A stretch of DNA of 64,000 nt from Lama glama (lineage: Eukaryota): contig CM052816.1 in NCBI GenBank assembly GCA_028534125.1, positions 80,974,001 through 81,038,000 on the forward strand, written 5' to 3'. Every line of letters begins with the position of its first letter. Position 1 is the first letter of the stretch. This document shows positions 63,395 to 64,000 of the stretch, piece after piece. Made by a program: the position numbers and the translations under genes. The notes below the pieces were generated by a model. The model saw only the letters and a program-made list of their open reading frames with translations, did no database searches and had not been told where the DNA came from.

Positions 63395-63572
63395 GGTGGA
63401 ATGGAAAAGGATTTTGCCTAGAAGTTAAGAGACCTGGATTCTGGTTCCAACTCTGCCACTCATTAGCTATGTGACTTTGGACATTTTATCTCTCTAAGGC
63501 TTAATGTCCTTATCTCTAAATGAAAGGTTTGGACTGGGATGAGCTCAGAAATTATTTCTAGCTTTACAATAC
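63395..63572 (+). mobile_element. MIR (MIR3/MIRc-like)
   Basis: agacctggattctggttccaactctgccactcattagctatgtgactttggacatt. Confidence 0.8.
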
Positions 63573-64000
63573 TGTGCAACTTAGAAAATAAGTAAAAGCA
63601 CTGGTGTTTGTAGGATTTTTGCCAAACTGACCCTCAAAATAATATCCTTGACTATGGTATGTTGAAAGAAACCCTGGAATCCCAGGGCTATTGCTTTTAA
63701 TGATTTTTCTGCCCTCTTAGCTTCCATTCCTTTACCCATAAAGAATCAAGAGTTTGAGCAAGAATTTATTTATGCTCCCATCTTTTTCTAAGGTCTTATA
63801 AGTCCTGTGTTTCTATGACTATCCGAAGTCTACTTACGTGGCATACACTCTCAACAAATTTTCACATCTTTATAAACAGACAGCTATAAAATGGTACTTG
63901 AAATTTGAGTGAGAGAGGTATAAAATTCTTTTCTCCTTGATAAAGATTTTCTACCTAGTAAATTTCAGGAGGAGAAAAACATTATTTCATTATTCATGAT

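Overview
This is AT-rich, CpG-depleted mammalian genomic DNA, intronic or intergenic. The youngest L1 3' ends are of cetartiodactyl type. I saw no ruminant, pig or whale SINEs, so a camelid is my best guess (inference only). I recognise no protein-coding gene, RNA gene, CRISPR array or prokaryotic system. Roughly half the window is fossil transposable elements: L1s of several ages, L2, MIR, L3/CR1, MaLR/ERVL solo LTRs and hAT/mariner DNA-transposon relics, often nested. The longer ORFs in the track are mostly L1 ORF1/ORF2 remnants, their antisense shadows, or chance ORFs. Five observations stand out. (1) A target-site-duplication (TSD)-flanked ~3.95 kb L1 derivative keeps its 5'UTR and ORF1, but lacks most of ORF2 through three discrete deletions and ends at an early poly(A) site (HAL1-like architecture). 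(2) Two or three very decayed L2/CR1-clade reverse-transcriptase fossils may lie in otherwise unique DNA at 51.1-51.4 kb and 55.8-57.6 kb. (3) An L1-in-L1 insertion appears to have joined its host in register through homology. (4) Different microsatellites arose independently at the same L1 ORF2 codons. (5) A young L1 has a perfect 17-bp TSD and an internally deleted 3'UTR. Repeat subfamily names come from remembered consensus motifs, not from a search, and boundaries are approximate.
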